NCBI GenBank assembly: GCA_013265495.1
Contig: MU057809.1
Location: forward strand, 1,043,062 to 1,107,061
Direction: 5' to 3'
DNA: 64,000 nt
Origin: Vicugna vicugna
Taxonomy: Eukaryota
The notes below the pieces were generated by a model. It had not been told where the DNA came from. It was given only the letters and a program-made list of their open reading frames with translations, and did no database searches. Positions within the stretch are counted from its first letter, which is position 1. Each line of letters opens with the position of its first letter. The translations under genes were made by a program, and so were the position numbers. Shown here piece by piece: positions 1-13,224 of this stretch.

Positions 1-3000
1 ACGCAACTGGGGGGCTTAAGTGCAGAAAGGCACGGTCCTATTTGCTTTAAAAAGAGACGTGTCCCAAACGTTCATGCTGTTAATAACCGGAAGAACTAGA
101 GACAGCCTGAATATCTCAACGGCAGGGCAATGGCGGGACATCCACAGGATGGCCCCTGGGGCCTTTACAGAGGAGGCCACACGTGTTTTTAGAAACGGGT
201 ACTAAGGTCATGACACCGAAGGTAAGGCTACACAGCCATGGGCTTGGAGCCATTTCTGAAAGTCCACGTGCGGAGGGTGAAGGCCGGCACAGGTCAGCAG
301 GAGGCTCGGAAGAGCGCGGACCTCTCGGGGCTGGGACTGCGAGCGACTGGTTCTCTTTTCTATCTGTCTTTTACTACTTTGTAAAGAACATCCTTTGTGA
401 AATAAAATTAAAAACAGTTCTGCAGCTATGTTGCTCCACTGTGTTGTCAAGAAAAACATTTATCAACATGAACTGTTACTGACGTGATCTGCTAAGACCC
501 AGAGCATGAGGCTACAGGGCATCGCCAGCCCCCGGCCGCCACCCTCACGGCAGGACGGGCGCCGCGATCCCCGCAGGCCCGGAGATGGGGCCCGCCCACG
601 CAGGTCACAAGAACACAGACCATCAGCACTGGTCCCCGGGCCATGACGGGGGTCGGGGCTCAGGTGGCACCCACAGATGTACCCGTGTTCACAGCCAGTG
701 TAAGAGTGGATGAAAGCAGAGGTGATTTTTTCCAAGATGACATGGAAGGCACCTTCCCTCTACTTCTCCCGCTGCACATACTCGAGGTATTAGGTTCAAG
801 AAACCTTTAGGGTCCAAAGTCAAACTACTACATCCCAAATTACATCATTAGAACTTAGGTCTCAAGGGAACAAGGCAGCAAGAATCGCAAGCAAAGACGG
901 GTGATGTTACAGCCAATTCACAGATGCGAAAATGCGTCTCTGGCAGCCATGTCCCCAGCAGCTGCTAAGGGGGTCCTACCTCCTCCTGTGAGGGCCGCTC
1001 TCACCGCACCTCCCCTGGCCCAGTGTCCTCTGGGCAGAGAACAGACCACGCCCAGGAGGGCACGGCTGCCCAAGTTCTTCCTCCAAGACAGCCCACGCCG
1101 CCAGACGCCTCTGCCGGCCCCTGGGATGTGGGGAGAGACGAAGAGACTGAGGAAGACGCATCCTGGGCCTGGAGGTGCCGGTGGCAACTGTGTGTTCTCC
1201 TCCTTGTGAGACAGACAGGCTGTACGTCACAGGAACGCAGGGCTCCGGGGCGGGGGCGGGGCTCCGGGGCAGAAAGGACGTACTACCCCATGTGCCCCAG
1301 GTTGTCTGGAGCAGTAAGGATAGGGCCAAGTCCCCACACCCTGAACGCAAGGACACCAGCCAGGGGTGTCCAAACAGCACCAGCCAGGCCTGGCTGCGTG
1401 CTCATCTCCCTAAGCCCGAGCCTCCACCACAAACACATCAGGCCTTCAGAAGGCCCGGGGCAGATCTCAATGGGCCCACTGTTGTGGCACCCTCTGCTCT
1501 ACAAAGCGTCGCCAAACTCAGGGCAGCCCGGTCCCCGGGATCTGCCCGTCTCCTCAGGACACACGCGGCCTTCTTGTTTCGCTGACCAAGCAGCACCGGT
1601 CCCAGGTCTTGGCCCCCTGTAAGCATGACCTTCCTCAAGTCACGCAGCCTGGGACAGATACTGAATGTTACCAAGAACATGGCGAATGCACTGCGAGCTA
1701 CAAATCACAGCTACTTCTGAGTGTGGGCAGACGCTGCACCACGCGGGCCCGCCGTAGCCACCGGCCAGCCAGGAGCCCTCACGGCAGCTGGTAATCGCTC
1801 CCCTCACCTCTTCCTGTGCCTTTTGCCTCATCGCCAATTTCACCCTGAGCTCCAGACCCAGATCTCTCAAGTCACCAGACGATCAGGCCACCGGTCAAGC
1901 TGTCTTCAAGAGGAAGTCTTCCCCGGACCCCTCCTTCCTGCTCATGGACTGAAGACCCTCCTCCCTGCTGCACAGCTGTCACTCCCTCCTGTCACTGACA
2001 GTCGCGCCCCCATGACCAAGTCCTTCCTCTTTCACTTTTTTTTTTTAAGTAAAATGCAACCTACAGTAGCTTTCTGGAAAAGGGTATGAGGAAGATACAT
2101 TTTTTTTGACTCCGCAAATCCCAAAATACCTTTAGCCCGCCCTCCCACAGAACTGTGAGTTTGACTGGCACAGAACTCTTAGGGTGAAAATTACCTTCCT
2201 GCAGACTCTGGAAGGCACTGCTCTCCGCAAGGCGCCAACGCTGCTGTTCAGAGGAAGTGACTCTGATTCTCGATTTGTACGTCACCTCTTTTCATCCTTC
2301 AGGAAGCTTCCAGGACCCACCTCCTTGCTAACATTCTGAAATTTCACAGTAACATGCCTCAGGGGTGTTCCCTTCCATCCCGCTGGACAGGCACTTTCAG
2401 TCTGAAACAGTGTCTTCAGTTCTAGGAAAGCTCAACGAGAATCCCCCCGTCCTCTTAAGAGGAGAGCAGCAGGCAAGGCACGCAGCCAGTGCCGCACTCG
2501 GGACGTCCCACCTGAGACAACGCTCAGTCAACAGGGCCCAGCAAACCACGTTCAAAGGTGTTCCCAGAGCCAGTGCCAACAAGCCCCCAGGAAAGCAGCC
2601 TGGCACCTGGCTTTCAGGGTCCCGGTCCCACGGGTGCTGAGCTCACTTGCAGGAAAGCTAGGGGACTTCGGATATTTGGAGGACGTCAAGAAGAGAGGAA
2701 TTCGCTGGAATGTGCAGTAATGGGAGGTACAATCTGGTGGCCACAATTTACGGGGCTTGGTTTCCGACCCTTGAGAAAGCAAGTAATAGGAGCTTCTGAA
2801 AATCCAATCTGACATGCCTCATGTAAACTTCCAGAGAGAAATTAATTTTGTAAATGATCGCAACCCTGTGGCTCAAGGATCTTGCAAAGCCAAAAAGAAG
2901 GCCTCCACGATAGACTAACAGTCCTAGCAAACGTACATAAACAACACGGCTGACCCAGGTCAGCCTTACTTTGCGATCAAGATAATCTTTGAGACTGCTA

Positions 3001-3364
3001 AAATCAAAAAAGGGAGGCAAAGGGAAAACCTTAAATGGGCAGAAAAAAGATGACGTGTCCTGTCCACCATTAAGCTCATTTCTCTCTTCATCTGCAAGCT
3101 GCTTTACACGTTGGTAAGTCAAAGAAAACTGAGAGCGATGCAAATGACTTGTGTCCACAGAAATACAAGTTCTGGCCCGTACACACTGCTGCCTCCTGCC
3201 CTCTGGACACTGACAGCTTCCCCGCCCCCGCCTGCGTCTCTATTAAATTAACCCCAGCGGTCCTTCTGATGACAAACACATGCTTCTCCTTCAGACCAGC
3301 TGTAAGACCTTACTAGCTCCTTCATTAATTACTGAGTCAAATAAAACACACAACTCCTCTAGAC

Positions 3365-4260
3365 GAACAGATAAACACAATCTACAAGACCATTGTATTT
3401 AAAATTACAAACTATTGCTGCAAAAATGAAATGAATGGAGAGACATACCATGAACTAAAAGGTCAATATCGTTAAGATGTCAACTCTCTCCAAACTGATC
3501 TATAAATTCAGTTCAAAAATCAATACAAGGGGAGGACATAGGTCAGCGGTGGAGCACATGCCTAGCATGCACGAGGTCCCAGGTTCAATCCCCAGTACTT
3601 CCACTAAAAACAAATAAATAAATAAAAATCGAATTACCTCCCCCAACAAAAAAATTGAAAAAAAAACCTAGATATAAAAAAATAAAATCAATACAAGTCA
3701 CAACAGGGATTTCTGCAGATACTGATGATCTATTTATGAAACATTATACAGAAGAGCAAGTGAATCTTTAACAGCCCACAATACCAGGAAAGGAAAACAA
3801 ATGGACAAGACTTGCAGTGCTCGAGCTAAGACTCACCGTGAAGCCCCAGCAATCAAGAAAGGATAGCACTGGCGTGAGGACAGGACGTGTCAGCAGAATA
3901 AAACAGGATCCAGAAACAGACCGCCACGCACGTGCTCAGTTTACTCGATAGTAATAACAAACCTGTTCGAAGGGAAAAGAGTAACTTTTCCAAACACAGT
4001 GCTAACGCCTGATAAGAGCAGGGGAAAAGAAAAGAACCTCGACCCCCACTTCAGACCTCACACGACATGGCTCACCAACCTGTCCACAAAATGTCAAAGT
4101 AGAAAATTCTAGAAGAAAACACAGGAAAATTCATTTGCAACCACGAAATGGGAGAAGATACCTTACAGCATAAAAACCATTAACTATAAAAGAAAAAACT
4201 GATGAATGCATTTCATCAAAATCAAGAAATGCCGCTGAGAATGGCTACAGTGAACTTACT
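3365..4260 (+). mobile_element. Old L1 (L1M) ORF2 fragment, split by a SINE
   Basis: Degenerate L1 ORF2 motifs (caatatcgttaagatgtcaactctctccaaactgatctataaattca; ctagaagaaaacacagga). Confidence 0.7.
3530..3683 (+). mobile_element. Camelid tRNA-derived SINE (vic-1 type) with 14-bp TSD AAAATCAATACAAG (3516-3529 and 3684-3697)
   Basis: GGGAGG head, B box GGTTCAATCCC, AATTACCTCCCCC tail and A-rich end; inserted into an L1 fragment. Confidence 0.85.
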
Positions 4261-4974
4261 ATGATAATTTCCAAATGTGAGAGGTCTGGTGAGGTTTTGT
4301 AATAAGAATATGCAACTGGCAAGGAAGTTGGGCTTTCTCTGGGGCACCCAAAACAAAGACAGGAAGGCAAGCAAAAAAACTGGACAAAAATCTCTCTGCG
4401 GATAATCACTTTTACCAGATTGTTCGCAGCCAGTGCAGTTTTTTACACATTGACCTTGAATCCGGCCATTCTGCTGAACTCAGTTATCACTTCTAATGAC
4501 TGTGGTGTGTCCAAGAGGTTTCCTGCACGCAAAACCAGGTCACTGGCACACAGGGAGGTCTGGAGGTCTGTCACCTCCTCCCCTCGCATGACCGTCCTGG
4601 GCAGACCCTCCAGCACACGCGACAGCACCTGCCCCCTCTTGGTCCTGCTTCAGTCTCTGTGCCTCGGGGGTTGGGATGGTCAGTGGAGCCATCCTGGGCC
4701 CAGCCCCGCCCGCCTCGGCCGCACGCTTCCCTCCCGCAACTGCACTCGGCGACCGTGGGGCTGCCGCCTGCTTCCTTTTCATGATTTCTTTTACTGACAT
4801 TCTCTATTTCCACTGATTGCTCTTTGCCCTGCGCGTGAGCTATATTTTGTTTCATTGCACGCCCGGGGACTTCTGTTGAAAACTGGACGGTTCAAAGAAG
4901 ACCGAGCGGCACCTCTGGCAAGCAGGCCGTAGTCTGTACCTTTGTTTGTGTGGCCGCTGAGGTCTACTCAGTCA

Positions 4975-5830
4975 GTCAAGCCGTAGGAAATGCAATTCTA
5001 AATCACAGTGAGAGATCACTTCACACCCAGCAAGTCAGCTGGAATCAGAAAGACAGATGAAACAAGTGTCGGCGAGGCTGTGAAGAAACCAGAACCCTTG
5101 CACACTGGCGGTGGGAACTAAAACGGTGCAGCCACTGCGGGGGACAGTGTGGCAATCCCTCCGAAGTTACCATATACCTAGAGATCCCACCTTAGGAATT
5201 CCACTCCCAAGAGAGCTGAAAACACATGTCCACACAGAAACCTGCACAGCAACGCTCACAGCAGTGTCATTCATAACTGCCAAACTGGAAACAACCCAAA
5301 GGCCTGTCAGCCGCCGAACAGATAAACAAAATGCAGTGTATCCATCCAACGGACTGTCATTCCCCCATGAAAAGGAATGAAGCGTGGAGGCACTGCGACG
5401 TGGATGAACTCTGGCAAGATTACACCACGTGAGAGAAGGCAGACACAAAGGCTACGTGGGGTGTGATTCCATTTGCACGAAATACCCAGAGCAGGCAGAT
5501 CCACCCAGAGAGAGCAGAGCCTCGGCCGAGACCTCGGGGAAGCAGAACAGGGAGGGGCTGCAACCAGGTACAGGGTGTCTTGTGGGGAGGCATGAAAATG
5601 TTCTGGAACCCGGGTGGCTCCAGGCGCACAGTCCGAGGAGCACACTGAGAAGCGCTGAATCAGACGCTTCACGACAGTAGCAAGTGACTGGAAGAGACAG
5701 AGGGAAATTCCTGAGGTCATGGGAACTTCCTAAACTTCACACAGGTGCTGACGAATGGGCGACACGTTCTCAAACTTAAGGTCCGTCCATTTCACTGTAT
5801 GCATTTATTCTCAATTAAACATTTTAAAAG
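4975..5830 (+). mobile_element. Old L1 (L1M) ORF2 end and 3' UTR fragment
   Basis: aaatgcaattctaaatcacagtgagagatcacttcacaccc, cactggcggtgggaactaaaacggtgcagcc, and an L1M 3' UTR terminus. Confidence 0.75.
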
Positions 5831-6709
5831 GAATTGAAAAAGTTTTTTTTTTCCTTAAAGGCCACACTGATGCCACTGTCAAAGCAAGTGAAACAAGGTC
5901 GAGCAACACACAGGTCTTCTTTGAAGTCACCTGGCATGCTTTTAGGTTTCTGAAAGCAGAAACCACCTTTAATCCCAGGAAGCCAGCGAGTGGGATGGGG
6001 GCTCGTGCCCCAGCAAGGACAGAAGCAGGAACGTTTCCCCCCACCTTCACCTCCAGGAGGCTTCGTGAGCCCTGGGGCCAGGCGGGCAGCGTCCGGGAGC
6101 CCCAGATCACGTAGAAGGGATGGCTGAGAGCCCGAAAGCCACCAGGGCAGCGAGCAAGACAGGAGGACCGGAAGCAGTGTTACCTAAGGTACTCAGTCCT
6201 GAACAGCACCGTGATTTAAGGCAGCACCTTTCTTTCTTTTTAAGTGCACAAGGCAGAAATCAAACACAACATCAAGGAAACTGGAAACAACGGCAGTGTA
6301 CACTAAAAGGGACGCGGTATGTAAACTGTGTGCCTCCCTGCGATGGAGTAACAGACAGCTATTAAAGAGCAACACCAGCAACCTCACACAGGGCAGCTCA
6401 AAGGAGAGCAAATCAGGCCGGACCGCAGCCATTTGTACGCACGTCAAACGTCCACACACACAAGCACCGCCTAAGAGGGCTTTTACCACACCGTTAATAC
6501 TAATTAATTCTGGATGGAATTAGAAAAGGCAGAGAGGTGTGAAGAACTTTCACTTCAATTCTCTACGGTTTGATTTTTTTTGCAGGGACATTTTTTTCAC
6601 ATCGCACGTGCGGTATTTCCGAAAGGCGTGTCACAGGACTCTGTGGTCACACCGGAGTCTACATCCACTCGTGGTCTCTGCTTCTGGCCGTGAAGGACTA
6701 GCCCCGGGG

Positions 6710-7235
6710 ACAGCCCTGTCCCGTGTGGCTCACGGGGACCTTCTTAGATGGTCTTGTAAGATCAAACTACTTTTGAAACAGTATTAAGCTATTATTTGCC
6801 TTTTTTCTCCCCTTTCTTTCCTTCCTTCCTGTGCTGACGTTTGCACTGAGGACACAGAAGCTGTCACAAGGAAAGCATCAGTGAGCCACGCCAGCCGCGC
6901 CGCCCGCACGCCAGCAGTCACCTTATCCCGCACGGCCACACGAAGTTCAAGAGCAGAGCCAACTGCACTTCAGGATGCCAGCGACACTGTACATACTAAG
7001 CCCTGCCCCTGGGGGGGCGTCTTCATACCACGGGTGAAGAGATGGGAGGTGCACAGAAGACACTCCGGGGAGCCAAAGGGTGGCCGTCGCCTTCTGGGTT
7101 GAGCTGTGAGCAGAACTAGCTACTTTTTACAGAAAACAAACAAACCATTCTACTTGAAAAAGTGACTGACAAATGAGTTACTCAAACTTGGGTATCTGAC
7201 CGCCTTGCTCTCAAAAACGAGTTGAATAAGCTTCT
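6710..7235 (+). mobile_element. hAT-Charlie (Charlie1-like) DNA transposon fragment, apparently continuing at about 8780-8850
   Basis: Recalled Charlie1 motifs: aagatcaaactactttt...ttatttgcctttt, tgctgacgtttgcactga, gagcagaactagctactttt...cttgggtatctg, and ccaaagaagaatacccacaattatctg. Confidence 0.55.
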
Positions 7236-7239
7236 CACT

Positions 7240-8770
7240 TAACAGAAAACCACCAGATTCGACGTGACCCCTGTCAGAATCCCAATGACGTTTTTACAGA
7301 AACGGAAAAACCCACCCTGAAATTCCTGCGAAACCTCGAGGGACCCGGAATAACCAAAACAACCTTGAGAAAACGTCAAGTCGGAGGGCTCACACCTTCT
7401 GAGTTCAGAGGCTATTACAAAGCCACAGCAATCGGAGCCAGCGGTACTGGTGAAAAGGCAAGACACAGACCAGTGGCACGGAACAGGGCCCAGAAATAAA
7501 CCCTGGCAAACGTGGCCGAGTGATTTTCAACAAGAGCGCCGAGACCACTCAGCGGGGAAAGGACCATCTTCTCAACAAGCAGGGCTGCGGAAACTGAAAA
7601 GAAACCGAGGACCATGTACCAAAACAAACTCAAAATGAAGCAGAGGCCTAAGCGTAAGAGCTACAACTATAAAGACAACATGGGGGAAAGCCTCCTAACG
7701 TGGGACTTGGCCACGATTCCTGGCTCTGAGCCAGGCACCCAGAGCACAGGCAGCAAAAGAAAAGCAGCTCAGCTGGACTTGACGAACACTGACAACTTCT
7801 GTACACAGGGCACTAACGCGAGCGTGGAAAGGCAGCCCACGGGGCGTGAGGAAGTACCTGCGAATCGCAGACCTGGTAAGGGTCCAGTGCCCGGAACACA
7901 CAGAGTCCTCGCAGCTCAACAGCAAGACGATAACCCGGCTGGGAGACGGCACAGAACCTGAATGGCGCTTCTCCAAGAAGACACACCAGTGGCCGACGAG
8001 CACGTGACAGGGCGCCTGACGCCACAACCATCAGGGAAGTGGGGACCAAAGCCACAGTGAGGTGCGACCTCACAGCCAGTAAAAGGTCGACGATCAAAAC
8101 AAAGAACAAACCAAAGAGACAGAAAGTACCTGCTGGCCAGGGTGGGGAGGAGCTGGAACCCTGTGCTCTGCTGGGGAATGTAAAACAGTGCCACCACCGG
8201 CGAACACAGTTTGGTGATTCGTCAAAACAGTAAACACAGACTCGCCATGTGACCCAGCAATTCCACGGCTGGGTCTACACCCAAAAGCCCCGAGAACAGA
8301 GTCTGGAGGAAGGATTTGTACACCCATGTGCAAAGCGTCGTTACTCACAATAGCCAAAAGGTAAAAGTAACCCAAGCGCCCTTGGTCAGGTGAATAAGCA
8401 AACTGCAGTATATACATACAATGGATTAGAAGAGAAAGAAAATTCTGACACCTGCTGCAGCACGGAGGGCCCCTGAGGCCACTGCGATGAGCGCGAGAAA
8501 CCAGACGCAAAAGGACAACCACTCAGGACTCCACTCACACGAGGACCTAGCAGCAAAACCCACGGAGACGGACAGCAGGAGGGCAGGGGGGGCGGGGGCG
8601 GGGGAGGAGGGCGCACTCAGTGTTCACTGGGGCAAAGTCAGTCTGGGAAGATGAGAAAGTTCCGGAGGTGGCAGCAGTGATGGTCGCACAACAATGCGGA
8701 CGCACTTAGAGCCTAAAATGGTTAAAGTGGTACATTTTATGGTGTGCGTATTTTAACACAATGTAAAAAA
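7240..8770 (+). mobile_element. L1 (L1MB/MC-like) ORF2 3' portion and 3' UTR
   Basis: Continuous degenerate L1 ORF2 sequence, G-rich 3' UTR tract at about 8580-8610, and terminal ...ctaaaatggttaaagtggtacattttatggtgtgcgtattttaacacaat plus A tail. Confidence 0.8.
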
Positions 8771-9199
8771 AGAAGAAAGAAATTATGCCTCTGGAGCAGT
8801 ACCAAAGAAGAATACCCACAATTATCTGCAAAGCCTTTTAAAGTACAGCTCCCTGGGCAGCAGGGAAACAGGCGTGTCCATGCACTGCTGGCAGGAACAC
8901 AACACGGTTCAGCCCCGCGTGAGGCTTTTCCAATAGCTGACAAAAGTGTGTGTCCTCTGGTCCAGCAGTCCCAAGTCTAAGGGCTTAGCTGGAAGATGCA
9001 GCACCGGCCACAGTAAGTGACCGTGCACAAGCTTACTCATTACAGCGTTGTCTGCAACTGCACAGTGTCGGCAGCTACCTCAACACCGAAGCCCGCGGGG
9101 AGTGCCGCAGGCTCAGGGGCCCCGCGCCGGGCTGCAGGAAGAAGTGGGTGCCCGCAGCAGCCGGCCAGCCAGGGACCCTCTACAGGCATTATTAAGTGC

Positions 9200-9420
9200 G
9201 AGAAACAAGGTGTCACAACCAGGGCCTACTGCACAGCACAGGGAACTATACTCAGTACCTCGTAATAGCCTGTGACGGAAAAGAAGTGGGAAAAGAACAT
9301 GCGTGTCCATGTGTGCGCGAGCGCGCACACACACTCACACACAGCCAAATCGCTTTGCTGGACCCCTGAAACTAATGCAACATTTAAGTCAACTGTACTT
9401 CAACTTTTTAAAAAAGTTTT
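9200..9420 (+). mobile_element. Younger cetartiodactyl-type L1 3' end
   Basis: cctactgcacagcacagggaactatactcagtacctcgtaatagcc...cctgaaactaatgcaacatttaagtcaactgtacttcaa. Confidence 0.7.
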
Positions 9421-9429
9421 TTTATAGTG

Positions 9430-11330
9430 TCAAGAGTACATACACCTTTTATGTGAGAGAACAGGGAAAAAACCAAAATTATACATATATCTGTTTATAT
9501 TTACAAAAAGAAACACAGGAAGGATAAACAAGGAAAAAAATAAAAGTGGTCACCTCCAAGGCGGGGGAGGACCAGAGATACAGGTTGGAAAGGCACTTCT
9601 TCAGTTATGCCTTTCTGTGTAGTTTTGACAACCTAGGACGTATTAATGTCCTATATACCCAGAAAATTAAATAAGAATGGAAATGAAAAAAAATCAAAAG
9701 TAAGAGACAAACTGAAAAGTAACCTTAATTATTACTTCAAATGACTATCGCAACCATGCACAAGTAAAACGGAGAGGAGAGAAGAGGAAGGAGGGAAGGG
9801 AAAGGGAGGAGGGAAGGGGGGAAAACAGACAAGGCAAGAGCCCCGCGTCTGTCAAAGACGCGGAGCCTAGTAAGAGCCTTCTTCCCACGAGGAGAACCGC
9901 GTGCCCAGAGGCGGCTTCACTGGTGAGTCCTACCATTTAATTAAGACATAATTATATACAAACTCTTCCAAGAAAGCAGAAGTAGAGGAAGTACTTCCCA
10001 GCTCATTTCATGATGACAAAATCGCCCTGATAACAAAACCAGATAAAGGTACTAAAAGAAAACCACAAAGCAATATTCTGCTTCAACAGAGAAGCAAAAC
10101 ACTTAATAAAATATTAGCAAATCAAATGCACTGCTTATCAAAAGAATAACATACCATGATCAAGTGCAGTTTTTCGCAGGAATGCAAGGTTGGTTAGGCA
10201 CTGGAAAAATCCATTTATGTATTAACTATATTAACAGAATATTGAGTAAAAACATTATCATCATCCCCAGAGATGCAGAAAAAGCAGCTAATTATAGTCA
10301 AAACTCGTTCATGATTTAAAAACAGAAGCAACAACTCTCAGCAAACAAGGGATAAAGTGAAGCCCCCTCCACCGGAGAAATTGTCCCCTGAGGACCTAAA
10401 GCTCGCTCTGCACCCAAGGACGAGGCCCCGGGGGCTCTCCCTGGGGACAGGTGGCAGGCAGCCTCATCCTCACCTCGGTTCCAGACTGAGCTGGAGGGCG
10501 CCGCGGGCACAGCGGGGCAAGAAAAAGACACCAAGCAGGTGAGTGAACAAGCCAGCGGATGAAATAAAGCACACAGAAAGGAACCCTGGAAGCCGGCTCT
10601 AAAATTGACGTGAAAGCGTGACGTAACTAGAGTAGCCGAAACAACGTCCAAAAAGAGGACGATGCTGGGGGGCTTCTCGGGTCATTTTAGAAATGATTAC
10701 ACGGCCACAGTAGTTATGACAGCACTGTTCTGGCCAAAGGGTAGACACGGAGCCAGGAGGAGCCTGGTAAGAGACCCGCACACAGAAGGCCGGCTTCCGA
10801 AAGTGCCAAGGAGATTCAGAGGAGGAGAGACGGTGTCTTCAACAAACAGACATCTGCCATGGGGGGAGAAGGCGACTCTCAACTGCTACCACACCACACA
10901 CACGAAATTCCTCACAGTTAACACAAAAGCTGATCCTAGAGAGCTTCTAGAGGCTTGAGCCAGACACACACAAAAAGCACACACTATAGAAGAAGAGAAT
11001 TGACAGATCAGATTTCAAATTAAAATCCTGTACTTTTCAAAAGGCCCTAAGAAAATGGGAAGACCAGCCATGTGCTAGGAGAAAACAATCACCAAATACA
11101 GGGCAGATTCTATCAAGAGCATACACGCAGGACTCTTACATCTCAACAATAACAATCGCATTTAAAAACGGGCAAAAGCCTCTGGAAGACGCCTCACACG
11201 GAAGACACGTGGACATCAAACAAGTGCGGCCAGAGGAGACGTCAGCATCGTCAGCGAGCAGAGGCAGGAAGGACGCCGCGGGGAAGCACTTCTGACCCAC
11301 GGCAAGGGCCCCAGGCAGCGAGACGGACAG
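9430..11330 (+). mobile_element. Cluster of old L1M fragments (3' UTR and ORF2 pieces)
   Basis: A-rich degenerate L1 motifs such as ataccatgatcaagtgcagtttttcgcaggaatgcaaggttgg and atccccagagatgcagaaaaagca. Confidence 0.65.
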
Positions 11331-11399
11331 AGCCAGCACAGCACGTGGAACAGTTGGAGGCCCCCGACTGGAGGGGGCTCAGTCCAAGGCCCCCAGGAG

Positions 11400-11535
11400 A
11401 GGAGCCCCGCCCGGTCAGTGAGCTAGGAGGCGCCCCCCCCCCCCCCGGGAGCCCCTCGGCACAGCCCTGAGACGACTGCGGCCTTGTGAGACGCCCAGAG
11501 CCAAGGGACCCAGCTAAGCCCTGCCTGGACTCAGC
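11400..11535 (+). mobile_element. MLT1-type (ERVL-MaLR) LTR fragment
   Basis: gccttgtgagacgcccagagccaagggacccagctaagccctgcctggactc resembles the MLT1 3' region. Confidence 0.45.
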
Positions 11536-13075
11536 GAGGGAAGCAATTCACCAGAGGCAGCCTGCACTCCACCAGGCCCACGTGTCCCGGCTCCTCCCCG
11601 CACACTGCCGCCCACTCCAGGACGGCCTGAACTGGTTTCTAAGAGGGTCAGGTGGGGAACAGACCAGCAAATGTGGTCCTCCCTGGTGTTTACCAGTCTC
11701 CACTGCAGTTCCACATTCAAGCCTTCTACCCCCAGCCCCTCACCGAGGACGGTGCAAAGCCCCCAGCCTCTACTCCTGGCAGGTCCGTTCATTCAGTGCT
11801 CGTGAGACAGGCTCTCTCCCAAGGAGCTACAGCAAAAATGAAACATAAATAAATAAGTCTTTAAAAGCTTGGACCCCACCAGTTAGGTCCAGCCTGGGCC
11901 TCCTGCTCGACTCTGAACTAGTGGGAGACGCGTCGTCAGCCACGCGCCTGGTGCCTGGCTGTAACTCAGACACAGAGTCAGCCTGAACAGCACCCCATGG
12001 GGAAACAGCAGGCGAACAGCCCGGGCACAGAGAGTGGAGGACACACACGAGGCCCAGAGAGGTGAGTGTGGTGAGAGCGTGGGCTTGTGGGGGGCCGGGG
12101 GAGATCGGGTGACGTGCCGGCTGCACCCATGCTGCCGGACCAAGCTGCAAGTTCATCTTCAAAACAGGGCTCCCTTGGCCCAGGCGGTGTTTCTAAAATC
12201 AAGGATTCCATCTAAAAGATCCACGTGTTTAGTTTCTCCTAGGGATCGGGGCACCTCACAGCACCGGTCACACATCCCTGCAGAGCGGCCATCAGCCGGG
12301 CTCAGCACGACAGAGCCCAGTAGGCAGTTCTGCACTCGGGGTCACGCCCTCAACCCCGTCACCAGGGCCGGGCCGTATCCACGGTGCTGGGACCCCCAGA
12401 GCCTGGCTGCTACTGCAGACGGAACACAGAGGGGACGGTCTAGACAGTGGGGAGGTGCCAGGGATGGCCGCCCCGCCAGATGGACCGCCTCGGGTAAGGA
12501 AGGCCAGGGAGTCTGTCACCCCTGCGACTTACTGCTGCGAAGTCAGAGGAGGCCGTGTGACTCCAGGTACGGCACAGGCAGCAACCCCTCCGGAAGGCGG
12601 TGTTTCTCAGGGAACAAAGACGCACCCTCTGAAAATCCCGTCTATCTCCAGGTGGTTAGAGAAAGTTTGCTCCTACTTTTTTTTAAATAATCAATGCAAT
12701 ACAGAGTTAGGATAGGGGTAGCTTATTAAATATAAACCTGTATTTAGGGCCAAAAGGGGGACCCCAGAGACTACAATCAGTACCCCCTCCCACCCTGCTC
12801 CACCAAGACGAGATCTCCGAACCCAGGGAGCCGCGGGGAGGACACCCGCCATGTGCACCAGCAGACCAGGGTGAAAACGAGAGTGAGCTGAGCCTCTGGG
12901 AACTGACTCTCCGAGGACTGAAGTGTGAGACAGACCCTTTCTGAGGAAGGAGGGGGAGAAAGGTAGCTTCTCTCCTCCCCACCACCCCTCCCTGCCTCTG
13001 CTCCTAAACCAACGTCACGCCCCAAGGAAACGACAGAAAGGATGTCATTAATAAATTTATTTCAGCTTTCTTTTC

Positions 13076-13224
13076 NNNNNNNNNNNNNNNNNNNNNNNNN
13101 NNNNNNNNNNNNNNNNNNNNNNNNNNNNNNNNNNNNNNNNNNNNNNNNNNNNNNNNNNNNNNNNNNNNNNNNNNNNNNNNNNNNNNNNNNNNNNNNNNNN
13201 NNNNNNNNNNNNNNNNNNNNNNNN
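13076..13224. other. Assembly gap (149 N)
   Basis: N run. Confidence 0.99.

Noticed and set aside
3530-3610. tRNA-like A and B boxes (also at about 49940-50019 and 56560-56632)
   Set aside because: These are SINE heads followed by the SINE-specific tail and A-rich end, not tRNA genes.
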